A stretch of DNA of 60,053 nt, filler included. It is 3 parts of 3 records of this genome, joined end to end, with 100 filler letters (N's around TTAATTAATTAA, not from the genome) between each part and the next. Parts side by side here need not be neighbours in the genome. Positions count along the whole stretch, not along the records: positions 1 to 29,221 come from SRR31156797_32685; 2 more parts are not named here. One strand, given 5' to 3'. The notes beneath the pieces were generated by a model. The model was given only the letters and a program-made list of their open reading frames with translations, did not search any database and was not told where the DNA came from. Shown here in pieces: positions 20,044-29,221 of the stretch. Made by a program: the position numbers and the translations under genes. The stretch's first letter is position 1. Each line of letters starts with the position of its first letter.

Positions 20044-20355
20044 TTAAAACAACTCTCTCTGGATCTCGACCACCGACTTCCGGCGCCGGCGTTCAACCTT
20101 GATAATATGCCGGGTCCGGGACTCGGACAGCCCGTATTTAACCGCCACTCGCTTATAACTGCCCAGGTCCCGGTAATCATCATACATCCGCCGGTAGGTC
20201 AGCTTCCTGGCCAACGTATCCAGCTTGGGCACATACAGCTGACACCCGGCAAACCCGGCCACCAGATCCATGGCCGACTTAAGCCCAATCCGGGCGGCCA
20301 CCTCCCGGAACTCTTCGGGCAGGTCTTCAATCTGTATCTCTTCAGGGTTGATCAT
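20044..20355 (-). CDS. mor: Mor/C-family transcription activator
   Basis: 'DLP......A..IG......LV..F.G..LYVPK' plus C-terminal HTH 'AVKYGLSE....II'. Confidence 0.88.
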   Translation of the reverse strand: MINPEEIQIEDLPEEFREVAARIGLKSAMDLVAGFAGCQLYVPKLDTLARKLTYRRMYDDYRDLGSYKRVAVKYGLSESRTRHIIKVERRRRKSVVEIQRELF

Positions 20356-20552
20356 AAATCGGTTTCAAACTGGACTTCGCCGGTATTGGGGTCATAAAGC
20401 TGAATATCTTTAATCTCAACGCCTGTCAGCTCGACAAACTCCCGGATTTGGGCTTGGATATTCGTCTCAAGCCGCTGGAGCCGGAGAATTTTATCCCGCC
20501 ATTTCAGCATTGACTGGTCTTTTACTTGCTCAACAATGCGTTTTTTATCCAT
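20352..20552 (-). CDS. Phage hypothetical protein
   Basis: AAGGTGA RBS; ATGA overlap with mor. Confidence 0.6.
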   Translation of the reverse strand: MDKKRIVEQVKDQSMLKWRDKILRLQRLETNIQAQIREFVELTGVEIKDIQLYDPNTGEVQFETDL

Positions 20553-20580
20553 GTCATCACCTTTTCAGGAGTTATATATA

Positions 20581-20889
20581 TTATATAGTTTCTTTTCGGA
20601 TGCCTTCATGCCGGTGCCAGTTGTGTGATATCATTTCAAGCAATTCACCCCTTCTCATTGGACGGAATCCACAGGTGGGATTGTTGAGATGTTCCAACAG
20701 TTTTTCACGATTTTTAAATTGGATGACAAGCCCGTCACCCATAGCAATCAAGGCTGGACCGTCGGTACCACCCCCAATTTTGAAAACATGAGTGAGTCCT
20801 TTGTAATCGTCTTTAAATTCGGCAGCATTGGTCATTACATACCTGCCCCAATGATCCTCAATATCTTCTTTTTCCCACACATATTTCAT
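20581..20889 (-). CDS. Phage hypothetical protein (AT-richer accessory gene)
   Basis: GGAG RBS; AT-rich flanks. Confidence 0.6.
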   Translation of the reverse strand: MKYVWEKEDIEDHWGRYVMTNAAEFKDDYKGLTHVFKIGGGTDGPALIAMGDGLVIQFKNREKLLEHLNNPTCGFRPMRRGELLEMISHNWHRHEGIRKETI

Positions 20890-20968
20890 ATATTTGCTCC
20901 GTTCTAAAACTCTTATTTTGTCACTTGATAATATCAGAAGCCGAAGCCGACCCCTGAAGTCAAATCAA

Positions 20969-21400
20969 TCAAACAGCCTGCCCTGGGCCTCCACCCGCTT
21001 CGACAAAACCGGGCGCACAGCTTTTTGCATCCGCAGCCAGACCCCTTTGGGTTTGTTGTGATGCAGAGTCTCCTGGTTTCAATTCAGGCCATTCAGCTTC
21101 GATAGCCCGAATTTTTTCCACCTTATCATCGCCGGATTTCTTCAATCGGTTGTATTTATCCATCATCCTGTTGTACGCCCGGGTCTTCTTTTTAGAGGAC
21201 CTTATCGTCAGCTTTGCACCTTGAGCCTTAATTTTAGGACCTAAGGACTCCAGCTCTTTTATAATCGCATGCACCCGTCTGCCCAGATCCAGACGCAGCA
21301 GCCTGGCAAGTAACTTTTCCGGGAAAATGCCTTTTTCCTCGGCGGCCCAGACGATATCCACAAGTCCCTGCTTGGAAAAATCATTGATATTGAGTTTCAT
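20969..21400 (-). CDS. Phage hypothetical basic coiled-coil protein
   Basis: Start reassigned to MKLNIND after GGGGAG RBS; follows the gam-like gene. Confidence 0.6.
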   Translation of the reverse strand: MKLNINDFSKQGLVDIVWAAEEKGIFPEKLLARLLRLDLGRRVHAIIKELESLGPKIKAQGAKLTIRSSKKKTRAYNRMMDKYNRLKKSGDDKVEKIRAIEAEWPELKPGDSASQQTQRGLAADAKSCAPGFVEAGGGPGQAV

Positions 21401-21411
21401 TCCCATCTCCC

Positions 21412-22023
21412 CTAAACCGCAGCAAAATCGAGGGGTATCAACCGGGCAGCACCATCCTGCCCATCCCGCTGGTAAAGCCGCATATACCGTTTTGATCCGG
21501 TAACCTGGATACTGTCCGCAATCGCCTTCATGGCCCGTTGCCACAGCTCGTTTTCAATCTTATGCCGCCGCAGATCCAATACCTTCCCGGTATTGATCTT
21601 CCCTTCCTTATCCACCTGAAACGCATCGGTAATAATGATTTTCAGTTCCTTGGGAATATCCTCGGACCACTCGTTGAAACACTCATCAATCAATGCCTTT
21701 GCCGCATGGAGCCGTTCATCAAACACAAGGAACTCATGGATCTGAACTTTTATCTCAAGGGAATGATCATAGCTACGCAGGGTTAAATTCCCCTTTTTGC
21801 CACCCACCGGGGCATCATACTCCATGACCGAAAGAGCAACAAAAGAGTCAATTTCCGACATGGCCATTTCCCGGAATGCCTTTAATGCCTCATGGAGCTC
21901 AAGCCCCTGCTTTACGACTTTCTTGACCAGATCGTCCCGCAGCTTGTCCACCTCTTTGATATTCTCCAAGGGAACCAGCCGCCCCTTATGGTCCTTCTTA
22001 TAATTTTCAGGATTGATACTCAT
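21412..22023 (-). CDS. DUF3164 / Gam-like protein
   Basis: 'D.KG.LVP...IK..D..RD', 'GG.KGN.TL.S.D', 'FDERL..AK.LIDEC..EW', 'W..AM.AI.DS' motifs. Confidence 0.88.
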   Translation of the reverse strand: MSINPENYKKDHKGRLVPLENIKEVDKLRDDLVKKVVKQGLELHEALKAFREMAMSEIDSFVALSVMEYDAPVGGKKGNLTLRSYDHSLEIKVQIHEFLVFDERLHAAKALIDECFNEWSEDIPKELKIIITDAFQVDKEGKINTGKVLDLRRHKIENELWQRAMKAIADSIQVTGSKRYMRLYQRDGQDGAARLIPLDFAAV

Positions 22024-22026
22024 GGG

Positions 22027-22437
22027 TTACGCCTCCTTTCTCTTCCGATTCTGGTGATAAATTATCATCTTGAGCACGGCATGCAGATCCTCGGCATCCA
22101 GCCATTGAACGGTATCAACGTTAAAGCGCTTCTGTGCAATGCTGTCCACATACGCCCAGGGCAAATCCATATCCAGCAAAATCGCCTCCAGCTTTGACAT
22201 GATCGCACCCTTGCTCAGAGGAAGCCCGGCCACCTTCCGTGCCCGTTTGCGCGGTTTGGAAGTGGTCCGGAACCCCAACGCCTCAAACCGGCTCATCACC
22301 TTGTCAAACGTGCCGTTTGTCAAATCTTTGGACGATGACACGCCCACGGAAGACAACAAATCCCGGTACTCCTCCTCAGTCATGCCGACCTGAGACTTGG
22401 CAATATGGATAACCGCCTTCTTTGCATTGCTGATCAT
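22027..22437 (-). CDS. gemA: GemA / Mu gp16 (DUF1018)
   Basis: 'IHIAK...G.....YR..L......SSKDL' motif. Confidence 0.88.
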   Translation of the reverse strand: MISNAKKAVIHIAKSQVGMTEEEYRDLLSSVGVSSSKDLTNGTFDKVMSRFEALGFRTTSKPRKRARKVAGLPLSKGAIMSKLEAILLDMDLPWAYVDSIAQKRFNVDTVQWLDAEDLHAVLKMIIYHQNRKRKEA

Positions 22438-22766
22438 GATCCGGCCTCCTTCTCTTGAGACAGGTCCTCCTGCGCCAGGTGAAAAGGCTCCTCACTAAGG
22501 GCCAGGCGTTCAACCGCGGCATGCATCTCCTCCTGCGCATTAAGCATACCTATCAGCTCCCCAATGGTGATGTCATGCAGCCGTTTCCCGGTATTATGGA
22601 CCCGGTCAGCCATGCCTGCCGAAGCCCAGTGCGCCATGTCGCAGATCCCGCCGATTTCAACCGACGCAAGCAAAAGCTCATTGTGCAGATCATTTACAGC
22701 CAACCGCTTCACATCGTCCTCTCCTTTGAGCGAATCATCCCACGGCTCCCATCTGCTTTTATTCAT
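22434..22766 (-). CDS. Phage hypothetical protein
   Basis: ATGA overlaps on both sides within the early operon. Confidence 0.65.
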   Translation of the reverse strand: MNKSRWEPWDDSLKGEDDVKRLAVNDLHNELLLASVEIGGICDMAHWASAGMADRVHNTGKRLHDITIGELIGMLNAQEEMHAAVERLALSEEPFHLAQEDLSQEKEAGS

Positions 22767-22981
22767 GACGACACCTTCCCAAGCTTCAAGCAGCCCTTGC
22801 TGCCAAAATCCCAGTTATTTGCCGGTACGACGGAAATTGACCCGCATCTCGGGCAAGGATCACTGATACGCCGTGCATCCCACAAATGCCCGCAATTGGT
22901 TTCCAAACAAATCATGGTAGTTAAATTTTTAGGCCGCTTTTTGCTTGTCTTGAACCACTCAGTTATCTTTCTTGCTTTCAT
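22763..22981 (-). CDS. Small zinc-ribbon protein
   Basis: CLETNC...CPRCG; AAGGAG RBS before ATG at 22981. Confidence 0.6.
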   Translation of the reverse strand: MKARKITEWFKTSKKRPKNLTTMICLETNCGHLWDARRISDPCPRCGSISVVPANNWDFGSKGCLKLGKVSS

Positions 22982-23062
22982 ACCGATCTCCTTTCTTGAC
23001 AAGGGGAGCCCATATGGCTACCCTTAATTTGCAACCGGTCTCAGTTGCTGTTAAGGCCTGGA

Positions 23063-23668
23063 TCACGATGCTGTAACATCGCCAGGCCGTTTCTTTTCTT
23101 CAAACTGCTCCATGGGCGTGGAAAAATACGCCCGGCTGTTCGGATCAAACAGATAAAAGCACCGGCCCATTAACGGGGCCAGTTCCCCCGCATCTTCGGC
23201 CACTGTGTAAACCAACGGCGCCCCGAATTTACTTTTCGGGTTTGCAACCCTTGCCCCGATGAGCAGCCCGGCCCGCCGAAGCAAGGCCACATACTGCCGG
23301 GTGGTGGTGCCGTTTGCCAGGTTCAGCTCAAGCAGATCATCAATGGCAAACCGTTTCAGCTCACGAATGGCAATCCACAGCCGCTTTTCAGGCCCATGAT
23401 CAGCCATGCTGGGCCTTGACCCGGCAACATCCGTCAGCACAGGGGCCTTGGACGCATGGGGATCAAACTGCCGCCGTCCCTCCTGGGTCAGCCGCCACAG
23501 CTTCTTTTGATGGTCCATACCTGCCCGGACAATGAATCCGGCGGTTTCATACGCCTTGACCTTGTTAAACACAAAAGAGGTGCTCAGGCCGGTAAGCCGC
23601 TCCAGCAAGGCATAGGAAAAGGTCCGGTTCACGATCATGGCCCGCTGCAGCTTCACTGCCTTGTGCAT
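23063..23668 (-). CDS. Tandem winged-helix DNA-binding protein
   Basis: Two wHTH-like units ('AYETAGFI' and 'LLRRAGLL'); TAATG-coupled to B. Confidence 0.6.
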   Translation of the reverse strand: MHKAVKLQRAMIVNRTFSYALLERLTGLSTSFVFNKVKAYETAGFIVRAGMDHQKKLWRLTQEGRRQFDPHASKAPVLTDVAGSRPSMADHGPEKRLWIAIRELKRFAIDDLLELNLANGTTTRQYVALLRRAGLLIGARVANPKSKFGAPLVYTVAEDAGELAPLMGRCFYLFDPNSRAYFSTPMEQFEEKKRPGDVTAS

Positions 23669-24378
23669 TATTTACTCCTCCCCGGGGCCAGCCGCCGGTC
23701 AGGCAACATCTCGACCAGCTCCAGGGTCACCTCACTGGTCTCATTGGCCCGGGCCACACGCTCCAGCTCCACCATATCGTTGTACAGCAGCCGGAAACTG
23801 CCCTGGCACCGTTTTAAAAGTGCATTGGCAGCCTGGGCATCCACCTTGATGCCACACGCCTTCAGCCCGAACAGCACCACATCATCCACAATCACCGGCC
23901 CGAAATTCACCACCCGGGTCACACGCTGCCAGATCCGGGACCGGGCCTTGAGCTGGGCATACAAGGTGGGCTCGCCGATCAACACCACTGGGCATCCGGT
24001 CTCGTCGTGGATATCCCGAAGATGCTCAACTAAACGAATGTTCAGCCGGTCAGCCTCATCAATCAACAACGCCCTGGGCCGCTGGTCCAGCTCTTCAATA
24101 ATGATGCGTTTGGCCCGGTCCACCATGCCCGGATTCATGCCGTTAAGATTCCGGCACAAGGCCGCCAGCATGGCCCGGGGGGTCCAGTCCTCATACACAC
24201 GGATATAGGTTACATCTTCTTGATTAACGGCATATTCCTTGGCACATTCGGATTTGCCCCGGCCGGCTTCCCCCCAGGCCACCATGAACCCGGGCTGCCC
24301 CTTTTCCGTATCCCGGACCACGCCCAGGGCTTCACGGAATGCAATGACACGGGATGTGACGATAAATACGTTTTTCAT
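23668..24378 (-). CDS. MuB-like AAA+ transposition ATPase
   Basis: Walker A GEAGRGKS, Walker B LLIDEAD, 'LRDIHD'; follows transposase. Confidence 0.92.
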   Translation of the reverse strand: MKNVFIVTSRVIAFREALGVVRDTEKGQPGFMVAWGEAGRGKSECAKEYAVNQEDVTYIRVYEDWTPRAMLAALCRNLNGMNPGMVDRAKRIIIEELDQRPRALLIDEADRLNIRLVEHLRDIHDETGCPVVLIGEPTLYAQLKARSRIWQRVTRVVNFGPVIVDDVVLFGLKACGIKVDAQAANALLKRCQGSFRLLYNDMVELERVARANETSEVTLELVEMLPDRRLAPGRSK

Positions 24379-24394
24379 TCAGCCTCCTCTACAA

Positions 24395-26554
24395 TTACAA
24401 AATCAACTTCAAGTCATCGAACCGTTCCCGGTAGTTTTCCCACCCGGGTGCCGCCTCAAATGTATCCATAAACAATTTATCTTCAGTCTCTATCTCCCGG
24501 CCATGCTCATGCACCAGCCGAAAACACCATTCATACCGGTCAAGTTCAGACGCCCAGAACTTGGGCCGGGGGATTTCAGGTTCAACAGCCATATCCGTCT
24601 CGGTCTTTTCCACCAGCTTGGCGATCCGTTTGATCTCTTTTTCAGCCACAGGTGCCGGCGCTGATTCTTCCCCCGGGTGCGCAGGCGTCCCGCCTGCATC
24701 TAATGCCGGAGTGTAACCCCGAACCGGTGCCTTCTCTTTGGGAATGGACACATCAATGGCGTCAAGGTACGTGTTGCCGGCGTCCCCGCGAAGCCCGGCC
24801 AGGGCGGTAAGCTGCGTTTTGGCATTTTTAACCACCCGGCGCTGGCGCTTGATTTCGTTTTCCACCTGTTCAATGGCCACCTGATCCCCGAACAGATTGG
24901 CAATGGGGTGACACGCCCGCACCGGATACGCCTCTCCCATGTAAATCCCGTCATCCGTCCAGCACCATATCCGGCTCAAGTCCGCCGTATCCACCCGGGC
25001 GGTGACTTCAAAATTGGGGACCAAATTGTCAAACACATCAGATTCATAATCAATGCCCCACAATACAGCCCGGCCCCGCCGGATACGGACCTTCACGGGA
25101 ATCAGAAAATCAAGATGAAGCTGTGCCGGATCAATGCCCGGACCACGCCCGGATTCCAAACGGTCCATTGGGGAAAACTTCAGGTCTGTATGAAGCTGCA
25201 CCGCATACCATTGAATATACCGCTCAACAATCATTGCGGCCTCCCGGATGTTTGGTACCCATCCCCCGGTCTGAAGCTGGTGAATCTTCTGATGATATTT
25301 TTCGTTGCGATGCAGCCGTGCAGGCTTGGTCTGGATGGAGTCCCCGGTAAAAGAATCCAGCTGGGATTCAAGTTGTTCCTGGAAGGTAAGGAAAAACCGT
25401 TCAACAACCTTTGCCCGGCCGTTGTACGGTTTTGCATGAAAAACCGCCGTGCCCAGCCGGGCATAAAGGCCGTTCATCTCTTCAAAATCCAGATCCAATC
25501 CCGCACCTTTAAACAGCTTGGCTTTAAACGCTTTACCATTGTCCAGGTATACACTGTCCGGATACCGCCCCAATGCCATACACGCATTACGGAAAGCCGC
25601 CAGGATCACCCACTTGTTTTCCGTGGGTGCAATTTGCCACCCCAGGGGATACCGGGACTTCCAGTCAAAAAACACGATCAGGGTCATACGACAGGGCAGC
25701 CCGGTCCTGGGGTGTAGAATCTGAAAATTCAAGGTCTTGCCGTCAGCCACAAGGCACTGGCCCACCTCAAGCAGCTCAGGATCACGGGTGATATACCTTG
25801 CAAATTTATCCTTGTAAGCCTTCTCACCCTCCCGGGCCAGACAGATTACCCCGGCGTTATAGGTCTCATAATCCTTAAGCCACCGCCGAAACGTGCTTTC
25901 CCCCGGCTTTTCATCCAGCCCGGCCTTCTCCAGGGCATGCCAGGCTCCTCGGATGGACATGATCACGCTGGGCCGCTCCTGGCGCAGATAACACCGCAGG
26001 AAAACCGCTTTGGCCGCTTCCGATAGCTTCCGTCCCTTGTAACGGGTGGTCCCGTGTTTCTTCCATCCGCCCCGGCCGTCACACAGGCAAAGGTAATTGT
26101 CATCATGCTTGACAAGCTTTTTGTCCAGGGCTTCAAGGGTTTTAAGCCGGATTTCGCCAACCACCTCAAACACATTCGGCATCAGCACACCGGCATTGTA
26201 TGCCAGCAGGAAGTCCGCCGCAGCCTGGCCTTTTTGCCCCCAACCCGCCCGTTCCTTGGCTACCCGGAAGGCATGCACAAGGTTGTACTTGGCAAGGCCA
26301 ACCTGCTTTGACCGCCTGGGCACATCCGTATCATGCATCAGCGCCGGCAGGTTGTTCTGGCTCACTGTCCGGCTGTCAATCAGGGCCTGCTTTTCCTTCG
26401 GCGGCAGCAAATCCTCAAAATAAAACCGTTCAGTCCCACCCTGTTTTCTCTTTTGCTTCACAGGCCAGTCATTTTTAACGGCCCGCAACTGCACCGCCTT
26501 GGTGGTAACACCCAGGGCGTCAGCTATCTGTGATTCAGCGATCAAGGCACCCAT
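24395..26554 (-). CDS. MuA-like DDE transposase
   Basis: N-terminal Mu-type HTH; catalytic 'VADG', 'YLDNGKAF', 'K.VERFF'; Mu transposase C-terminal region. Confidence 0.93.
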   Translation of the reverse strand: MGALIAESQIADALGVTTKAVQLRAVKNDWPVKQKRKQGGTERFYFEDLLPPKEKQALIDSRTVSQNNLPALMHDTDVPRRSKQVGLAKYNLVHAFRVAKERAGWGQKGQAAADFLLAYNAGVLMPNVFEVVGEIRLKTLEALDKKLVKHDDNYLCLCDGRGGWKKHGTTRYKGRKLSEAAKAVFLRCYLRQERPSVIMSIRGAWHALEKAGLDEKPGESTFRRWLKDYETYNAGVICLAREGEKAYKDKFARYITRDPELLEVGQCLVADGKTLNFQILHPRTGLPCRMTLIVFFDWKSRYPLGWQIAPTENKWVILAAFRNACMALGRYPDSVYLDNGKAFKAKLFKGAGLDLDFEEMNGLYARLGTAVFHAKPYNGRAKVVERFFLTFQEQLESQLDSFTGDSIQTKPARLHRNEKYHQKIHQLQTGGWVPNIREAAMIVERYIQWYAVQLHTDLKFSPMDRLESGRGPGIDPAQLHLDFLIPVKVRIRRGRAVLWGIDYESDVFDNLVPNFEVTARVDTADLSRIWCWTDDGIYMGEAYPVRACHPIANLFGDQVAIEQVENEIKRQRRVVKNAKTQLTALAGLRGDAGNTYLDAIDVSIPKEKAPVRGYTPALDAGGTPAHPGEESAPAPVAEKEIKRIAKLVEKTETDMAVEPEIPRPKFWASELDRYEWCFRLVHEHGREIETEDKLFMDTFEAAPGWENYRERFDDLKLIL

Positions 26555-26557
26555 GGA

Positions 26558-27220
26558 TTAATCCTCCTCCTCAACCATCTTGACCAAATTCTTCAGATAT
26601 TTAACCACCTCTTTTTTAGACGAATTTTTCCATTTGTTGTCCTGCTCTTCGGATATGATATCCACCAACACCTTCCACTGGTTCTTAAAAAGCTTGCTCA
26701 CCAGTTCGGATTGATCCGCCTTTTTTTTGGCCTCTTGGATTTTGCGCTTGGTGGTTTCGCCTTTGACTTCTTTGACGGCTTTGTTTACAAGCGCTCCGGT
26801 AAGCTTGGTTTTAGGGTCCTGATCCAGCGCTTCTTTTACAATTCCGGCTGCCTTAAGCCGATCGTCTTCTTCTTTTAGGCGGGTTAATGGCCGGAGTTGG
26901 TATTCGTTTGAAAAAGTGTCCGCAATTGCGGACATTTTATTTTCTAAAAGGTTTACAACTCGATAGCCTTCTATCTTTTGATGGGCCGTGCTTTTCCCAA
27001 GACCCCAAACGTCTTTGCAATACCGCTTGAAATCATTATGAGTCTCTTTATACAGCCGATTATCATGGATTTCAGCCAAGGCCCGACCAACCTCCAGGAA
27101 CGTGCCCAATCCTTTTTTAATAACGTTTTCACATTCCGCCAGCCGCGTCCGTTCGGGTTCTGTCAGGGTCTCAGTGATATCCTTGCCCTGGGCAATCAAC
27201 TCCGCAGTCGTTTCAGCCAT
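26558..27220 (-). CDS. Phage early protein (DUF3102-like)
   Basis: 'F.EVG.AL.EI.D..LY..TH..F..YC...WG' motif. Confidence 0.6.
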   Translation of the reverse strand: MAETTAELIAQGKDITETLTEPERTRLAECENVIKKGLGTFLEVGRALAEIHDNRLYKETHNDFKRYCKDVWGLGKSTAHQKIEGYRVVNLLENKMSAIADTFSNEYQLRPLTRLKEEDDRLKAAGIVKEALDQDPKTKLTGALVNKAVKEVKGETTKRKIQEAKKKADQSELVSKLFKNQWKVLVDIISEEQDNKWKNSSKKEVVKYLKNLVKMVEEED

Positions 27221-27235
27221 ATTTTTCCAAGCCTC

Positions 27236-27442
27236 CTAAACAGCCACCCGGCCATTCTTAAAATATTCTCTGGGGCATCCTTTATTAATAAAGTACTCGG
27301 CCAGGCCTTTTGATGTCCGTTCGCCCCGGACAAAATGACTGACAACCATGTCCGCGCACCCATACCCCTTGGCGATGTCACGTTGTTTTAAAGCCTGCTT
27401 CATCATCCAGATTTTGATATCAAGCCCCTTGATCTCTTTCAT
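27236..27442 (-). CDS. Ner/Cro-like HTH repressor
   Basis: 68-aa HTH ('QRDIAK..G.....VS..V.G.R.S') early in the leftward operon. Confidence 0.7.
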   Translation of the reverse strand: MKEIKGLDIKIWMMKQALKQRDIAKGYGCADMVVSHFVRGERTSKGLAEYFINKGCPREYFKNGRVAV

Positions 27443-27894
27443 ATCCCTAACTCCTCCATAACCCTGCGTTTCTTCTTGCTGCGCTGCCGTTCCTCGGCAA
27501 CAATCTTGCCCAACTCGTAGAACGCATATTCCCTGTCATCCATGATCCCGATGCCGGACCCAGCCAGTGCAGCCTTAACCACACCAGCGTCCCCCGTGAC
27601 CATAAAAAATGCCGCTGCATACTCCAGCGGCATACGCCAGCCGTTCTTGCTCTCGGCCGTCCAGTTCGCGATATGGTTCACTGTGATTTTTTCACTCACA
27701 AGCCGGGTCATCTCCTCGGCAATCTCCTCCCGGCTGAGTTGGCAGTTGCGCAGCGTGTGTCTCAACGCTTCCTGAACAGCGGATTTGCGGCTGTAACTAC
27801 CCGCCGCCTCATCGAATGACCGCAAATTTGTCAAAGGAAGGTTGAGCTGGCGTTCTCTTCTGGCTGGATATGGTTTGTTTTTTGACATTGCCAA
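27439..27894 (-). CDS. CII-like phage regulatory protein
   Basis: 'SREEIA..M..L....IT...I..W.AESK' motif; start uncertain (TTG 27894 or ATG 27888). Confidence 0.65.
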   Translation of the reverse strand: MAMSKNKPYPARRERQLNLPLTNLRSFDEAAGSYSRKSAVQEALRHTLRNCQLSREEIAEEMTRLVSEKITVNHIANWTAESKNGWRMPLEYAAAFFMVTGDAGVVKAALAGSGIGIMDDREYAFYELGKIVAEERQRSKKKRRVMEELGI

Positions 27895-27945
27895 AACCCC
27901 GTAAAGAAAGTACCTTTGTGAAAGCTTACGTTTAACCTTTGTAAA

Positions 27946-27975
27946 TTAATAATCCATAAAAGCTGGATGTGTCAA
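27946..27975 (-). promoter_or_regulatory. Early (Pe-like) sigma70 promoter with overlapping ATCCA-N7-TGGAT inverted repeat (candidate operator)
   Basis: TTGACA at 27975-27970 and TATTAA 18 nt downstream; dyad at 27952-27968. Confidence 0.55.
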
Positions 27976-27992
27976 TATAAAATTTGGAAAAT

Positions 27993-28511
27993 ATGGATAA
28001 TCAGTTAGAAAAATTTGGATTAATAGCGGAGCGCCTTAAGAAAAAGCTTGGATTGCGTACAGACAAGGACCTTGCGGAAAAGTTGGGGCTTAAACCAACA
28101 ACTTTTAATGCCAGAAAGAAAGCAGGTTCTATCCCGTATTCAGAAATAATGGATTTGGCGAATTGCTATAAATTGGATCTGAATTGGGTTTTTAATGGAG
28201 ATCTTTGCCTTGAAAGTGACAAGCCCATAGAGACCTTTACCCCTCAAACAACGTCAAAAAAAGAGAATGTCATTGTCGTTAAACACCAGGATCTGGTGTC
28301 TCAGTTTAAAGATCCTGAAAAAGGCATGGAAAACAATACACACCTACTTACAATAGAAGCCGCAAGCGAGAAACTCTATAATAAGGTTAGTGACTATTTA
28401 AAAACCACCAGCGAAACCGCTAAGATTCTTAAATCAGAAATGGAAGATCAAAAAAAAAGAAGGGGGACTGGCTGGAAGGACTCAGACGGGGAAGACGCCA
28501 ACATCGCATAG
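27993..28511 (+). CDS. Prophage repressor with CI-type N-terminal HTH; no S24 peptidase domain
   Basis: 'ERLK......D..LA..LG....T.......GSIP.........LNW...G'; divergent from early operon; start 27993 (ATG) or 27984 (TTG). Confidence 0.85.
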   Translation: MDNQLEKFGLIAERLKKKLGLRTDKDLAEKLGLKPTTFNARKKAGSIPYSEIMDLANCYKLDLNWVFNGDLCLESDKPIETFTPQTTSKKENVIVVKHQDLVSQFKDPEKGMENNTHLLTIEAASEKLYNKVSDYLKTTSETAKILKSEMEDQKKRRGTGWKDSDGEDANIA

Positions 28512-28819
28512 TAGAAGACGCACCGGATGATTTTGTTCTCACGGATATTGATGGCAGGATCATAGCGGACGGAACCACCGGATTCCTCAAAGACCGGCCC
28601 CATATTTTCAGCTTCTTGGTATCCGACACGGACCGGGAAGCATTAAAAAGGGAAATGCGCCTGGCAGAAATATCAACCCCCAGACCCATACATCTGTCAT
28701 TCAGCTACATGGACAGGGTTATAAATTACATCTGCCACGTATTCAAAAGCGAACACCGCTATTTCATTGCCGGCTGGAAGCTGCCCCAAAACGTACACTG
28801 CTTCCCAAAAGCCGTCTGA
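28433..28819 (+). CDS. Open frame lacking a canonical start in its first ~60 codons, encoding a PAS-like domain; -1 relative to the repressor (possible fusion via A9 run 28450-28458)
   Basis: Open from TAA 28430-32 to TGA 28817-19: ...HRIVEDAPDDFVLTDIDGRII...IFSFLVSDTDREALKREM...; first ATG/GTG/TTG in frame is TTG 28616, after the PAS-like motif. Confidence 0.55.
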   Translation: MRNGRSKKKKGDWLEGLRRGRRQHRIVEDAPDDFVLTDIDGRIIADGTTGFLKDRPHIFSFLVSDTDREALKREMRLAEISTPRPIHLSFSYMDRVINYICHVFKSEHRYFIAGWKLPQNVHCFPKAV

Positions 28820-28928
28820 AAATAAACAAAAGTTTGACATTGCCCCTAAGTCAATTGCCGGATAACATCCGAAGAGCCCTGGCCGGCGTTTTGGAATAGT
28901 TCATCAAATTATAATTTTGGAGGTTTTT

Positions 28929-29192
28929 ATGAAAAAAAGATTTCTTTTGTTTTCTATGCTTTATTTAATAGCTTTGTTCCCGGGGTGCTTTGCAATGACA
29001 AAGCCAGCACCAACCGTTTCCCCTGAAGAGCTAACCCTTCAAAGAATCCAAGATACTGATTTAACAAAAGACGAAGCTTTTGACAGGTCGATTGAATGGA
29101 TGGCGCGCACCTTCACAGACCAAGCACAAGTGATTGAAGTAAAAGATAGGGCGGCAGGCAGAATCATAGGAAAGGGTTCAACTGAATTTTAG
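28929..29192 (+). CDS. Lipoprotein (DUF4468-like), apparently 3'-truncated
   Basis: GGAGG RBS; signal peptide with lipobox FPGC; 'W.A..F.....VI...D...G.II.KG' motif then abrupt stop 29 nt before contig end. Confidence 0.6.
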   Translation: MKKRFLLFSMLYLIALFPGCFAMTKPAPTVSPEELTLQRIQDTDLTKDEAFDRSIEWMARTFTDQAQVIEVKDRAAGRIIGKGSTEF

Positions 29193-29221
29193 GCCTTGGT
29201 CATAATTTAGGCCATGCGAAT

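Larger units (their letters stand above)
1..29221. mobile_element. Mu-like (transposable) prophage with non-contractile tail; neither end is clearly visible
   Basis: Mu gene order: repressor divergent from ner-like, A, B, gam/gemA, mor, lysis, gp26-gp30, protease, capsid, gp36, gpG, tail. No sheath or baseplate-wedge genes. Confidence 0.95.

Noticed and set aside
28820-28920. Left prophage end (attL) with transposase-binding repeats
   Set aside because: Only a TTGAC-N11-GTCAA dyad and promoter-like sequence are present; no convincing repeated end sites.
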